Positions 34,617-48,105 are shown, numbered from the stretch's first letter. The stretch is DNA of 64,000 bases from Batkoa obscura (GCA_030770535.1 JASVEC010000020.1:496001-560000), one strand, 5' to 3'. Translations and numbers: made by a program. The notes: generated from the sequence alone by a model not told the origin.

Positions 34617-35150
34617 TCTCTTTTTTAGTAAAAATGAAAAGTTTATTTTTTTTCTCTATTGGTTATGTGTACATGTCTAAAATAAAATTCCAAAATATAG
34701 CTTGAAAAATAATTTTGCATGTATCATAATGTATAAAATCAAATGTAAATAACTGACTTTTATGAGTTTATCTATGGCTTCAATCTTGGTTTTATATACT
34801 CTAATGGATGCAAAATTATTTTTTAAATACTCCTCTAAAAATTTGCAAAAGCTTCTGAATAAACTTTATATTGGTCATATCTAGAATGTCATTATGAAAT
34901 GGCCACACTAAAAATATATGTCCAAATAAGTCTTGAAATAATTACAGTATTTAATTATGGAAAATAAATTTGCTTAGCAATGATAAGAATTATGAATACT
35001 ATAAATTGAATAATTTGGTATTTGACTCATTGCTTTTAAATTATGGTTAATTAGGGGTACAATACTTTCAGCTGAATAATGGATACCTGCTGTTTTATGT
35101 CAGTAATCATCATGTATAAGCTGAAGGTATAACATTAAACCACTTATTAT

Positions 35151-35244
35151 GGGTATGTTTTTTTTGGTTTCATCACTTTTTCATTTTTAAACACTATTTA
35201 AACAGAAAGATTGCTAGTAAAATCCTTTAAAAAAATATATCCCA
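35151..35244 (+). mobile_element. MITE-like element
   Basis: TTAT|GGGTATGTTTT...ATATATCCCA|CTAT. Confidence 0.8.
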
Positions 35245-35544
35245 CTATAGTTTATTGTAGTTGAGCACAAGCAGAAGCATCTATAATAGCTAAAAGAAGC
35301 AAAGTTGAATATGAAAAACATTTTTTTATAGCTTTTTGAAACATGTAGTACTGTTACATAAGCTGAAAAAGATGTTTAACTATGATATAACTAATAACTT
35401 TTCGAAACAATAATACACCTTTTTTAATAGCTCATAAATGTTCTTTATATGTTAAAACATTAAACTGAGAAGATAAAACATTAGAATATAAAAAAAATAA
35501 TTAAAATTGTATTTAATTTTTATTTATTAACTTTGTTTATAATA

Positions 35545-36920
35545 CTAATAATGTAAATATATAATGATTGTTATACTTGTATATAACTCCATACCAATTA
35601 AATCAATAAATTTGACCAATTTTATACTCTTGAATTGTAGCATAAAATAATCCATAAAAATACCTAAAATGAGGCATTTGATATACTTAAATGCTATGCT
35701 ATATAAGTTAAAATACTTCCCTATCTTGTGATTAGAAAATACTACATCGGTGTCAAAATAATAATTTGTCATTTCGAGGTTTTGTAATCTAGGACACAGT
35801 GTATATAAGTACTAAAAAAATTGTTTACTAAAGTTAACTTTAACTAATGGGGCTGTTTTTTTTGGTTTCATTATTTTTCCATTTTTTAAGCGCTATTTGA
35901 GTGGAAAATTTGTTAGTAAAATTCTTAAACAAAAAAATACATCCCCTAACGTTATTGTATTATTATTCTTTTTTAAATAAACATCTTCGATAAAAACTGA
36001 TGAGATATAATATATCACTAAGTTTAAATAAGCAATCATTATCATTTTGAATATCAAATATAAATGCTCGGCTGATATATTTTTATAAAACACTAAGTTA
36101 AGTTGCTTCAACTTTAGAAATATTTGATCATTTGTGACTAAGTTAGTTATACCAGTGTTAATTAATCTTAATTCCTTTAAATTTGATTCTCCACTATAAT
36201 GTTGACTTTTCAACGATATAAAGCTCTCCAAGTTTTGGACAATCATTAAGTTGATATGTATTTCTTTAACTTTATTTCTATGCAAACAGTCAAAATGTAA
36301 TTACTTTAGTTGCGAAAACTGCATATTTGATAAAGAAGTAAAAACATCCAACTCGATTTGGATATGATTTAATCTGAAACTTTTCAAGCTATAGAATTTA
36401 CATAATAAAGCTACCAAATATGTAACTAAATCAAAGATATTATTTTGAATTATTAGTGAAGTAATGGTTGATGATAGATATAGTAATAGTGGTGTTTCAA
36501 AGTAGCTTTTTGCACGATCAATCTTTAAATGCTTTAAATCTTCTAACACTTCTTTAATACTACCTCTATGAGTAAAAATATAACTATCAGCTCCCTCCTA
36601 TTCTGTCAACCAAACTGCTATAATATAAGCCTATCAGTCCAACATCTTTAAAATGCTCTTTGTTCTTTAAACAACTAACTAAGCCTATACATAGTTTAGT
36701 GTTATCTATGTATATTAATTGTTGATTAATTAATACATTTAATATAACACCCATCTTTTTTAAAACTAGCGTCGATTCATCTTGTAGTATTGGTAGCCCC
36801 GCTTTGGTTGATTCTTTATTAAAAAAGGAGTAACTTGAGCTTGTTTTTATATGGAAGATGTTATAAATAAATTCTACTATGCTCTTTTGGGATTTAAAAA
36901 CTCAAATTCTTACTCATCAT
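35545..36920 (-). pseudogene. F-box/LRR pseudogene with internal MITE insertion
   Basis: Fragments YFETPLLLYLSSTITSLIIQN, FLKLKQLNL...IEDVYLKKNNNTITL and FDTDVVFSNHKI match the intact paralogs; many stops and frameshifts. Confidence 0.85.
35849..35946 (+). mobile_element. MITE-like element inside F-box pseudogene
   Basis: TAAT|GGGGCTGTTTT...ATACATCCCC|TAAC. Confidence 0.88.
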
Positions 36921-36958
36921 TTAAATTTGAAGTGAAGTGCTATTTATTGACTTGTACA

Positions 36959-37048
36959 TAGGCGTTTCTCTCAGTTTCATTACTTTCTATTTTTGAGCAC
37001 TATTGAGCGGAAAAAATGTTAGTAAATTTCTTAAAAAAATACATCCTG
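36959..37048 (+). mobile_element. MITE-like element (degenerate)
   Basis: gtttcattacttt...gagcggaaaaaatgttagtaaatttcttaaaaaaatacatcc. Confidence 0.72.
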
Positions 37049-37118
37049 ATATATTATTTCTTAGTTTTGGTATATAAAAGTTATCGTCTATGATAAACTT
37101 TAATTGGATAATTGATAT

Positions 37119-37217
37119 GGGAATGTTTTTTTTGATTTCATTATTTTTTCCATTTTTTAAGCGCTATTTAAGCGGAAAATTTGTTAGTAAAATTCTTAAA
37201 TACAAAAACACATCCCC
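37119..37217 (+). mobile_element. MITE-like element
   Basis: ATAT|GGGAATGTTTT...ACACATCCCC|ATAT. Confidence 0.88.
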
Positions 37218-38094
37218 ATATAGTAATTACTATTCCACTTTTGGTTGTATTTTAGTGTTTGAATTCCAAACCATATTAAACTCTCGTTAACAGTTTCATA
37301 CTATTATTTTATACACACATAGTGATTAAATTGTTACTTTTTTAAAATATAAATTACTACTTTTTATCATAAAAAGGTTATGATTTTTTGTTTAGTTTAA
37401 TATTAGATATCTATCTTTTATCCACTATTTTTATATATGTCCATATCTGATAATAGAAGATTTAATAAGTAATCTAAAATTATGGAAGTACATTTTAGCT
37501 ATTATAATATTCAAAAAAAATAGCACAATAACACAAGTTTTTTAATTCTGAGAAAAATCTAACGCATTTTCATAAACTCTTTACAATCTCCCTGATAACA
37601 TACCCATATTCCTTAATAAAACACTTGGCCATCAATGGATTATCCTTGGGATAATAATGTAACACTTCACTGAAAAAATATCAACTCACTTTTCACATAC
37701 CGTTAAGCAGCAATTATTGGTACTTTGATATCATATCATACCTTGGTATTCGGTCCATGACAAAAAGATCTTTCATTTATGTATTTATTATATTAAAGTT
37801 TGCCTCCCCCTTTTATAGCTTCTGCTCCTGCTTATTGCCATTGTTGCCATTCGTAGATCACAATGCTATGGATATGACTGGTTGAAAAGTTAAGTAGAAA
37901 TGACAAAGAAGTGATGGACTGTATATTAATTAAAGGTAGAATAGATTATAAACTATCAAGTTTTATTTTTTAGTTATTAGCGTTCTAAAATTCCTGCAGT
38001 TTATTTTTATATTGGCAGCATTGGAGCCACTATGTTTTAAATTACCTTTGATTTATATTCATATTCATATTTATATTTATATTTATAATTTACA

Positions 38095-38191
38095 AGGGTG
38101 CTTTTTTTGATTTTGTCACTTTTCTTATCTTTTAAATGATATTGAGTAGGAAGGTTGTTGGTAAAATCCTTAAACACAAAAATGTATCCCC
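38095..38191 (+). mobile_element. MITE-like element (degenerate)
   Basis: agggtgcttttttt...gtaaaatccttaaacacaaaaatgtatcccc. Confidence 0.72.
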
Positions 38192-40102
38192 TTATATTTA
38201 TATCTAATTTATTAATTTATTGAGTTTGAAATTTAAGCTTAACTTGGTATTTTTTGATATTATTAAGTCTTAACGGTTTGCCACAATAGAATTATGGTAG
38301 TTTTAGGTAATCTCTAACAGCTTTATTGTATTTCGTATTAAACCATTTGCAAGAGAATGTTTTTTTATTAAGATTTATTATTGCTTTTAATAAATATTGC
38401 TATATTTGGTAATCCTATATTGAAAACATAAAATATATATAAGATTATATCTAGATATGTTTGGACTTAAAAGTAAAATTAGCAAAATTTTGAAATAAGT
38501 AAAGTAAATTAAATTAGTCAATTAATAAACACTTAACACAATTTGATGACTGACACTATTATAATTCATTACTCGAACAAAAACATACCCATGAATAAGC
38601 TTTGTATAGAAACCCATATTGAGATTTCCTTTCTAAGTTCATTTTTGCACATTTCTATGTAATAAAGGATGTTGGGCAATTAATTAATAAATCTCTTGAA
38701 CAGAAGAAAATACTGTATTAAAATTTAAATTTAAATACCAGTCTAATACAAATAAACTTTATTGATGAAGCGAATTTAATTACTTTTAGTTTACCTTTAG
38801 TACCCAGACTAGCAAATTTATAAAAAAGACTATATACATGCTACGATTATATTATATATTCTTAATCAATTGACAATGTTTTTTTAAGTATATAGGAAAT
38901 ACTAGAAAAAGTTGCTCAATAGTAAATTTAAATATAAAAATGTGATATTGAAAGCAAAAACTTTATTTCAACAATTTCTTTATAAGCAATTTTATAATGT
39001 GTTAGTAGCGTTTAATCAATACTTTCCCAGAAAATATATAATTATTTTGGGGCTCAGTCTAATAAGACTTTAAAAAGTTAATAAATTAAATTTTAAACAA
39101 CCAATTCTCCACATCCAAAACTTTGGTAGACCAAAGACAAGTATTTTAGACCAAACGATCATTTAACTAGAATTTTACACATTAAGTTAGAGTTTTATGT
39201 AGTTACTTTTGAAAATTTTGGTTTAGACTAAAAGATATATCATGTATGCAATTATTAAAAGGATTACAGAAAATGAAAGCTTCGGGTGAGAAATATCTTA
39301 TAATCACTGATTTAATTAAATGTTATTAATATTTTAGTGACAATATGAATGCTTGTAAGCTCAATTGATAGAGTTACAGTTTACTACTATTTGATACTAA
39401 TTACTAAATATATTATTTTATGTTTTTATACTACAAACTAATTTAAAAAATAAATATTGTATACTAAAGTCAGATGAAGAATAACAGGGTAATAATGAGC
39501 TATTAACCTTGTCACTAGTATAGTATAATTATTTTTTGGAAAATGATTTTATTTACCATAAATAGAAATATTAGACACATATCATTTTCATGACTATGAA
39601 ACACTAAATTATGAAAAGATTATAAATTTGAGTTTTAGAAATAATAATAATAAACGAAAAGAGAACTTTAAAGATAAATAAATAAAATAGATAATGAATG
39701 CTAAACAAATGTTAAATAATGATGCTGCAAACAATAGTAAGGAAATAAAATATAATCAAAAAGTTAACTTTGAATAGTCAAAATCAAACTTAATTTATTA
39801 ACGGTTATCAAAATTAAAATTTATACTGTTGATTTCTTCAAATCTGATGAAAAATACACTGCTATATATGTCAATTTAACTCACTTTAAAAAAGGGGTAA
39901 AAAAGTTGCTTTGGACTTATTACGATTAATTCTATTTTTTCAATCTTCCCACCCCCTCATCTCTTTTCACTCTATAACACTCTCATTCTCTCCCCACAAT
40001 ACTACTATTTAAATATTAAAACATTAAAATTCAAGTCAACCTTTTTATCTTAATATTTTTTGATTTTATATATATATTTAAAAGTAGAAAACTATTTAAC
40101 AA

Positions 40103-40732
40103 ATGTCGGATTTAGGCTTATTAAATGTATATCAAGATGAAATGATGGTTCAAATGGAAGAAATTGTCCAAACTGAGATCAAAAGAGCAGAAAAGAAGTA
40201 TATAGAAGAAAAAGAAAAGCAAATAAGTTTTAATAAGATGAAAAAGAAAGAAGCTAATAATAACAATAAATCTAAACTACAAGGTATAAAGTTAAAAAAG
40301 AGTATTGAAAAGTTTAAAAACAGGTTCTTATTTTCATCTAATAACCTTCAAAATAACCCAACTTCCACCAAGGATATTGTAGATAGTGAGGCCGATAATT
40401 TGAGTGAAAAGATATTAAAGAATATTGAAAACGCACAATTTGTTTCAAGATCCCCAACTTTGAACAGTGCCAAAAATTATGACAGTAATAGCTCAACTAC
40501 TGATTTAGAAGTTTCAGTACCCTCTGGTTACATACCTAATTTAGAAGATATTTTAAACTTAGATTTCCATTGTCGTCGTATTGGGATTGAGAACTATTAC
40601 CTAAATGAACAAAATTCGGTTTTAAACCAAGAGTTAGGTTTGGCCCAAGAATCGTTAGCTTCTTTACGTAAAATATTAATCTCTAAATTGATGCATTTAG
40701 ATCATTTAACTTCTTTATTGAATTCTAACTAA
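40103..40732 (+). CDS. Hypothetical coiled-coil protein (intronless)
   Basis: 209-aa ORF with an aaATG start and a pyrimidine-rich upstream tract; no family recognised. Confidence 0.7.
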   Translation: MSDLGLLNVYQDEMMVQMEEIVQTEIKRAEKKYIEEKEKQISFNKMKKKEANNNNKSKLQGIKLKKSIEKFKNRFLFSSNNLQNNPTSTKDIVDSEADNLSEKILKNIENAQFVSRSPTLNSAKNYDSNSSTTDLEVSVPSGYIPNLEDILNLDFHCRRIGIENYYLNEQNSVLNQELGLAQESLASLRKILISKLMHLDHLTSLLNSN

Positions 40733-41086
40733 GTTCCTTGCTGTTTTACTTCCTTCGCTTTACTCCCTTTAGCTTCTCTCTATCCTATCATCCCCTCTCT
40801 AAAGATTAATCTGAACAGTTAACAAATTTATACGAACGTGATTTCTACTTTATAATATTACTATTGAAAATGACTTAAATAATAATAATAAAGTCTTATT
40901 TATTTTTATTTATTGTTTATATTTTCACCTTTCAAGGTTATACGTAAAAGCATTCGTTTCATTAATTTTAATTATTTACAAAAATATTAACACATGATAG
41001 CCTTAAATGTGTAGTTAGGCTATAGTAATATAATCAATCTATTCGTGGTTTTTATTTTTAGAAAAGAATTTGATTCTACATCAAAG

Positions 41087-41768
41087 CTATAGTTCTTTAT
41101 AACTAGGTATAGGCCCAAATCTATCAAACGGATATACTATAAACGAAACTTTTGAAGTAATTAAACCAAGTGGCACCTTAAATAGCATGTAAATACAAAT
41201 CATATTAAAAATAATGAATTTACTGGTCCAAAGGAATTAGAATCATTGGAATGAAATGACTCATCTCCTTCAACCCAACAGTGTCCTTTTGGTATGTATA
41301 CTATTTCTGGCGGTTGAATAACATTACTTTCTGCTTTAAATGCTTTTAAACTCCTCTTATCTATCTTTAACGGCGACACCAATTCACCTTCCAAAGCTTT
41401 TATCCTTTTTATTAATAATTTATTTGGGTCTGTTGGAGATCTAAATATCATCACATTATGTTTATATTGAGTATATAATTGTAATAATTTAAGTACTTCA
41501 AAGTTATTATATCACCCACTTTGTATTTTCTTTCAAAATTTGAAAGCTTATTTAATATTACTATATCATTTTTAAGTTCATTACTATCTGGGTTTAAAGT
41601 TGGCTAAAACGAGATGATATTTAGCTAAGCCTTAGTATTAGTTAATCTTCTTACCTGCATAGAGCGCCCTTTGACTGTAGAAATAGTAAATACGTTTTCA
41701 TTAAATACCCAAATAACTGGAGACCATAAAAATAGTCTTGTAAAGTACGTTTTTAACTTTTGTTTCAT
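41087..41768 (-). CDS. IMP2: Mitochondrial inner membrane peptidase subunit 2, 4 exons
   Basis: VKGRSMQ|PTLNPD, SPTDPNKLLIKRIKALEG, IPKGHCWVEGDESFHSNDSNSFGP|VPLGLI. Confidence 0.85.
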
Positions 41769-42055
41769 TACAAATGATTTTATAAATTGAGAATAAATTC
41801 ATAGAATTTAAATTCCACTTCATTGAATTTCATAAAATAAAAATCTACCAATTATAGTGATTCATTCATAATTTTGTTTGCCAATTAAAATTTCCAGTTG
41901 TTTTATTTAAAAATCTAGAAAATGATAGCATAACTAAAAAATATGGTTTAAAAAGTTAGTAATAAACTTGATTAATGATGTCAGAAAAAATATAAAGCAA
42001 TTAAGTTAAAAAAAAATTCTCTTTTAAATTATTAAAACTTTTGTCAGACAATAAA

Positions 42056-42865
42056 ATGTTATCTAATTTTCCAATAGACTGGAATCCAACTATAATATAT
42101 ATATCAGCTTTAAGCATCTGTTTTAACCCAATATTTTGGAATATAGTAGCACGTAATGAATACAAAAATAAGACTTTAACTAAAATAGTTGGAAACTCAA
42201 CTACTGCATGTTATTTTTTAGCATTCACTATCTTCAGTTTGGGATTAATTCGGGACTACCTGTAAATTTAATTACAATATATTTTACCAACATAACTTTA
42301 ATTTTAATTTTAGCTATAAATTAGCCTTAGAATCTCAACCTATTAATCCAATTTTAGACAATCTCTACATTAAAGCTATCGGGGCGCTACTTATTAGTGT
42401 AGGAAATATTTTTGTCATCACTTCTACTTATAAACTTGGTATTACTGGTACCTTTTTAGGTAATGATTTTTTTAATTAATTAAGCTTTATTTATAATATA
42501 ATAAAGGGGATTACTTTGGTATCTTAATGGATGCACCTGTTACTAGTTTTCCATTTAATGTTAGTAATAACCCTATGTATCATGGCTCTTCTTTAATATT
42601 CTTGGGTACAGGATTGTGGTAATATATCAGATTTTATTAACATATTTACACTCAATTAAATCATTATTTAAGGTATGCTCGTAGTGTTGGAATAGTTTTA
42701 ACTGGGTTGGTAGTATTTATCTATTCTATTGCTACTTCATTTGAAAAGTAAGTTTATTTACATAATATTATAACAGAACATTTATTTATTTTAAGCCCAT
42801 TTACCACAATGATTTATCAAAAACGTGATGAGGAAAGAAAGAAGGATGCTAAAAAAGAAAAATAA
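42056..42865 (+). CDS. OPI3: Phospholipid N-methyltransferase Opi3/PEM2, 5 exons
   Basis: [60 protein letters not shown]. Confidence 0.92.
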
Positions 42866-42991
42866 AGTTCGACTTTTTTTATTTACAGAATAAAATATAG
42901 TATATCGTTTTATTAATTATGTGTTATTTAATAATGTATCATTGTAAATAATTTTTTGTATGTAAGCTTTAGCGCATCGATTCGAGCGTTA

Positions 42992-44332
42992 TCATGGAAA
43001 TAAAAATAGAGGATGATTAGAATATTTGACTAACTTGTATCTATCGTGCTTTGGAATTATAATTAACTTTATACTTTTAAAAGATTTCAATATATTATCA
43101 AGGAAGATATCTAAATTGGAGCTCCAAAAATACCTAAATATTACATTAGTTAAATTGGAGCTCCTTACTATCTTATGATTTGAAAATGGTATATCAATAT
43201 CAAACCGGCATCCGGATATGTCAAGGGTATACAAATTGGGACATGACATATATATAAAATTTAAAAAATCGACCCCTAAGGTAGTACTATTAACTTTTAA
43301 TGTTATTATATTGTTGCTTTTTTTTGGATAAATTTCCCTAATTAAAAATAATGGATTGTGATGTGTTAACATATCAAAATAGGTGATTGTTGGGATGCTA
43401 AATATTGAATATAAATGTTTGGATAAGACATTTTTGCAATATTTTAGTGTTAATTGATTTAGATTTGGAAATATACCTTTGCTTATATCTTGGTCAATTA
43501 AATTACAACCATACAGCGTTAGCTTCTTTAAATTTGATATACCGTTAAATATCAATTTAGAATACTTTAAAATATAAAGCTCTTCAAGCTTTGGATAATT
43601 GTTTAAATCCATACGTATTTCTTTTAAACCTTGCACACCTACATATTCAATATGAAGTTGTTTTAGTTCCGCGAAATGTTTACTTAATAGCAAGTTAAAG
43701 TTGTTTAATGCAATATTACTATTAGTTAACTTGAGTTTCTTTAAATTATTTAATTTATCCAATAAGTCCCAGAAACATACGAAGTCTATATAATGAATAT
43801 ACTGCAGTGTTATTGAAGTAATGGTTGATGGTAAATAAGGTACTATGGACACTACAAAATAACCATCTGGAGAAATGACTTCTAAGTACTTTAAATTTTG
43901 AAATATTTCTTTGGTACAATTACCACTATCAGAAAAGTAATCACCAATCTCCATGTTATTGGTCTGCTTAGTGTAATAAAGGCCGACCAATGGGATGTCC
44001 CTAAAGTGTTCTTCATGCCTCAAATAGCCATCTAAAGACAAATAAAGCTCCATGCAATTTGGATAGATCAACTTGTAAATTGATGCTTCTGAAAAAATTC
44101 TGAGATTTAATTGTTTAATATGTTGACCATATTTTTTGAAGCTCTTATTTATCGCTTTTTCATACCCATAAATAAAACTATGAACCATACACTCCCATAG
44201 TATTGGATTTATTATATTTTTCCACTTTTTACAGCAGGTAAGTAGATTGACTTTATCTTTAACTGAGAGATGGTATAAAATTTCTCTAGTTGCTTTTTCT
44301 CCGAGGTTCTCAAGTTTGAAACTACTGCCCAT
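42992..44332 (-). CDS. F-box/LRR protein (intronless); ATG at 44332
   Basis: MGSSFKLENLGEKATREILYHLSVKDKVNLLTCCKKW plus LRRs; same family as 10815..16225. Confidence 0.82.
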   Translation of the reverse strand: MGSSFKLENLGEKATREILYHLSVKDKVNLLTCCKKWKNIINPILWECMVHSFIYGYEKAINKSFKKYGQHIKQLNLRIFSEASIYKLIYPNCMELYLSLDGYLRHEEHFRDIPLVGLYYTKQTNNMEIGDYFSDSGNCTKEIFQNLKYLEVISPDGYFVVSIVPYLPSTITSITLQYIHYIDFVCFWDLLDKLNNLKKLKLTNSNIALNNFNLLLSKHFAELKQLHIEYVGVQGLKEIRMDLNNYPKLEELYILKYSKLIFNGISNLKKLTLYGCNLIDQDISKGIFPNLNQLTLKYCKNVLSKHLYSIFSIPTITYFDMLTHHNPLFLIREIYPKKSNNIITLKVNSTTLGVDFLNFIYMSCPNLYTLDISGCRFDIDIPFSNHKIVRSSNLTNVIFRYFWSSNLDIFLDNILKSFKSIKLIIIPKHDRYKLVKYSNHPLFLFP

Positions 44333-44853
44333 ATCCAAATCAAACAAAGTGGTAAGCCCAGTCAATTGTTTAGTATACTTATGCTTGATTTACTTCAATA
44401 CTTTCTTAAATCAAAATATAAGTTTGAGAACTAAATGCTAGTAAATTTGTGTTAACAAATTAGAAAAGCGAGTTCCATTTTGAGTTTTGTATTTTCAGTG
44501 TAGGATTTCTGCTTGAATAATTTAGTTATTAGCTAAGCTAAATTTTAAACATTAATATGAGTGTGCTTTTTTGCCAGAACTTTAGCGATTAATTTTTAAA
44601 TTTCATATTTAAAAAGTGAGCAACTAGTTGAAAAGAATAGTCATGTGTTAATTTGTTACGAATGCTTAATATGTACATTATATAATTCAAGGATTTTATC
44701 TCGAATTTAAATAGGCTTTTGAATTTATCCATACGCTACTTGACTAATTTGAATGTTTTTAGAAATTAAGCAAATCAGAATTTGCTCTCAGTACATTAAT
44801 GATAACATTTATCATCAACAATAGCTTTATTTTCAAAACTCTTGTTACAATAT

Positions 44854-44952
44854 GGGGATGTATTTTTATGTTTAAGAATTTACTAACAATTTTTCCACTC
44901 AAATAGCACTTAAAAGATAGAAAAAGCGATAGAACCAAAAAAAAACACTCTT
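44854..44952 (-). mobile_element. MITE-like element
   Basis: ATAT|GGGGATGTATTTT...AAACACTCTT|ATAT. Confidence 0.85.
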
Positions 44953-45455
44953 ATATTTTTATCTTTTTTCGAAGCTTTATGACCTCCAAGTACCTTATTC
45001 GACAAAATATAGAAGTGCAAGAAGTCGTAACTGTTGTGGAATTATAGCGTTAATGCTGGGTTTGAGGCTTTTCATTTTACTACCATTAAAATATTAATCA
45101 AATATTCCAAGTATATTTTGAATGGTAAACTGCAACATTATGGATAAAAATGTGAGTGATTTGGATGATGTTTTTAAAATATTTTAATACTAAACATTTA
45201 GAAGATCAAGGTGTAGTATTTAATTACTCTGTATCAACCTAGGCTCCTCTTCAAAGTTGTAAAACTCTCCTTTAATACTCTAAAAATATTTGAAATTTTG
45301 TTCACTTAAAAAAATCTTAATTGTGTAACTTTTTTGTATCAATTTTCTTAAATAATAAGTGTGATATATCCTATTTAACTATTGTATCTAGAAACTAAAC
45401 TTTAAATCAATATAAAATATATCTAATATTCTTTATTTAAAGCATTATTAAAAGG

Positions 45456-46928
45456 CTAATAGCTCTCTGGCCTGGTATTACAGAAAGCAATATGAGGATA
45501 TACAGTATATTTAGCTAATACATACTTCTCATGTCTTGGAATTGGAATTGGAATTGGAATTGAATTTGTCCGTTTGAAGTGCCCTAGTATGTAATCTATA
45601 AAGTATGTGGAATTTTTAGAAGATCGTTTATTAAGGAATAACACATTAGTCAAATAAGGGTCATTTATTATTCTATTGTTTGAAAATGGTATATGGGTGT
45701 CAAAATTACAGACCACCACTTCTAGGTTGCATAAATTGGGGGATGAAGTATATAAAAAGCTCAGAAAATCAACTTCTAAAGTGGGCTTTCAAACTGATAA
45801 CGTTATTATGCTATTCCTTTTTTGGGGGTAGATCTCTCTAATCAAAAACGATAAATTATGTATTGACAAATTCAAGTAAATGATTGTTGATATATCGGAT
45901 ATTGGATATAACTATTGAGACAAAACAGTATACCAAGTCTTTAAAGACAATTGATTTAATTTTGGGAGCATTACTATTTGCAACTTGATTCATTAAATTG
46001 CAGGCGATTAATGTTAATTCTTTCAAGTTTGATACACTATTAAGTTTTAATTTCGAATAAGCAAAAATTGCGAACGATTCAAGCTTTGAGTAGTTGTTTA
46101 AATCTACAATTAGGGGATGTTTTTTTTGGCTTCATTATTTTTTCCATTTTTTAGGCACTATTTGAGTGAAAAATTTGTTAGTAAAATTCTTAAATACAAA
46201 AATACATCCCCATTATTTCTTTTAAGCCTCTTGCTGATACAGAACTAAAACAGAAGTCCTCTAAGTATGGAAACTGTCTACTCATTAAAAAAGATAATCT
46301 TTTAAGTTCGTATAAACTGAGGTTAGTTTGGGCACTTTTAAGTTGTCAAATTTATTTAATACCTGCTCTAAACATGAAATTGGGCTGTAAATACTATTGT
46401 TTGAAACTATCAATGAAGAAATGCTTGGTGGTAGGTGGGGAATAGTTGATATTACAAAATAAACATTTGAATCACCAACTTCCAAATCCCTTAAATCTTG
46501 AAGAATCCCCTTGACACGAATTTTATGAATAGGAATACATTCCTCAATTGGTATACTATCAATTCAAGTACTATAGTAAAGACACACTAATATCATATGT
46601 TCAAAATATTCTCTATTTTTTAGGTAATCATTTAAGGATGAGCAGAGGTTCTTACTATGTTATAGCTTGATAAATTAATTGGCATATTTAAATGGTCTCC
46701 AAGGTCTAAATATTTGATATGATGACCATATTTTCGAAAGCCGTTATACATCCCCATATTATAGTGTTGATTACACCTTGGAGTTATGTCTTCCTATAGT
46801 ATTGGCATAACCACTTTGTTCCATGCTCTGCAGCATAAGAGTATATCAATTTTTTCTTTACCTGAGAGATGATGTAGAACCTTTTTAATTACTTTTCTTA
46901 CAAGGCTCTCAAGCTTAAGGTTATTCAT
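45456..46928 (-). pseudogene. Full-length F-box/LRR pseudogene with MITE insertion
   Basis: MNNLKLESLVRKVIKKVLHHLSGKEKIDILLCCRAWNKVVMPIL*EDIT (TAG at 46796-46794 where paralogs have Trp), further frameshifts, MITE at 46113. Confidence 0.9.
46113..46211 (+). mobile_element. MITE-like element with perfect 4-bp TSD (ATTA)
   Basis: ATTA|GGGGATGTTTT...AATACATCCCC|ATTA; removing it restores the F-box/LRR frame KEIIVDLNNY. Confidence 0.92.
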
Positions 46929-47250
46929 TTTTATGTGAATTCAAAGTGAAATAAGAGTTTCTTTATCCTCAATCTATATAAAGCTCAACCCAACTTGATG
47001 TTTCCACATACTAAAACAGTAAATTACAAATCTAATTTTAGTAAATGTGACTTTCATTAAACAAAGTTCAATCTTTTGTGAGGTTTACTACAATTATACT
47101 CAATTTATACATTCTGACAGTGCAAAATTATTTTTCATTACTTTTCAAAAAATATTTAGAAACTCCAAAAAACCTTTACAATTTATCTTACCAATCAACT
47201 TTATCTCTTGTTAAATTAAACAAAAAATAAAGTAGACTTTTTTATCGAAA

Positions 47251-48105
47251 ATGGCAAAGAATCAAGTGAAAAAGGTAAATAGTAGACGAGTATAAAATAA
47301 ACATAGCTAATTGAACTTATATAAGAAAGCAAACAATAAAAATAAAATCGACCTTAAAAAAATAGTAAAAAAGGATGAAAAGGAGGTAAAAACTACTACA
47401 AAAGTACAACAAGAGCCAACGATAAAAAAGGTAAAATTAACCCCACTTCAAGAGAAAATGCAAAAGAAATTAAAAGGCGCAAAATTCCGTATGTTAAATG
47501 AAATGCTATATACAACTCGAGGAGAAGAAGCGTATAAAAAATTTCAAAAGGATCCAACTTTGTTTAATGATTACCATGAAGGTTTTAGATCCCAAGTAGA
47601 AAGTTGGCCAAAAAATCCAGTAGATATTTTTATTTCTCAAATTAATCAATGTAAACCAAATACGGTAATTGCAGATATGGGATGTGGTGAAGCTGAGTTA
47701 TCATTGAAAGCACCAAACCATGTTAAAGTTCATTCGTTCGACCTTGTTGCTGCCAACCCTAGGATTACTGCTTGTGATATTACAAATACACCTTTAAAGG
47801 ATTCATCAGTAGATATTGTTATATTTTCACTTTCATTAATGGGAACAAATTATGGGCAATTTTTAAAGGAAGCAAATAGAATATTAAAACCAAAAGGTAC
47901 TATCAAAATTGCAGAAGTAATATCTAGATTTGAAAGTATACCAAAATTTACTACTTTTATGAGAGAGTTTGGTTATAAAATGACATTTAAAGATGAAAGC
48001 AACAAAATGTTTGTTTTGATGGATTTTGTCAAATTAAACAAGGACATTGGAACCGATTCCATTGAAGCTCCAACTCTCAAACCATGTATCTATAAAAGAC
48101 GTTAA
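47251..48105 (+). CDS. RRP8: 25S rRNA m1A methyltransferase Rrp8 (exons 47251-47274, 47326-48105)
   Basis: KLKGAKFRMLNEMLYT, YHEGFRSQVESWPKNPVD, ADMGCGEA, SLSLMGTN, LKPCIYKRR*. Confidence 0.95.

Noticed and set aside
37540..37900. Slightly GC-richer stretch with KEYGYVIREI on the minus strand, possibly another F-box-type relic
   Set aside because: The match is too short and stop-ridden to support without a search.
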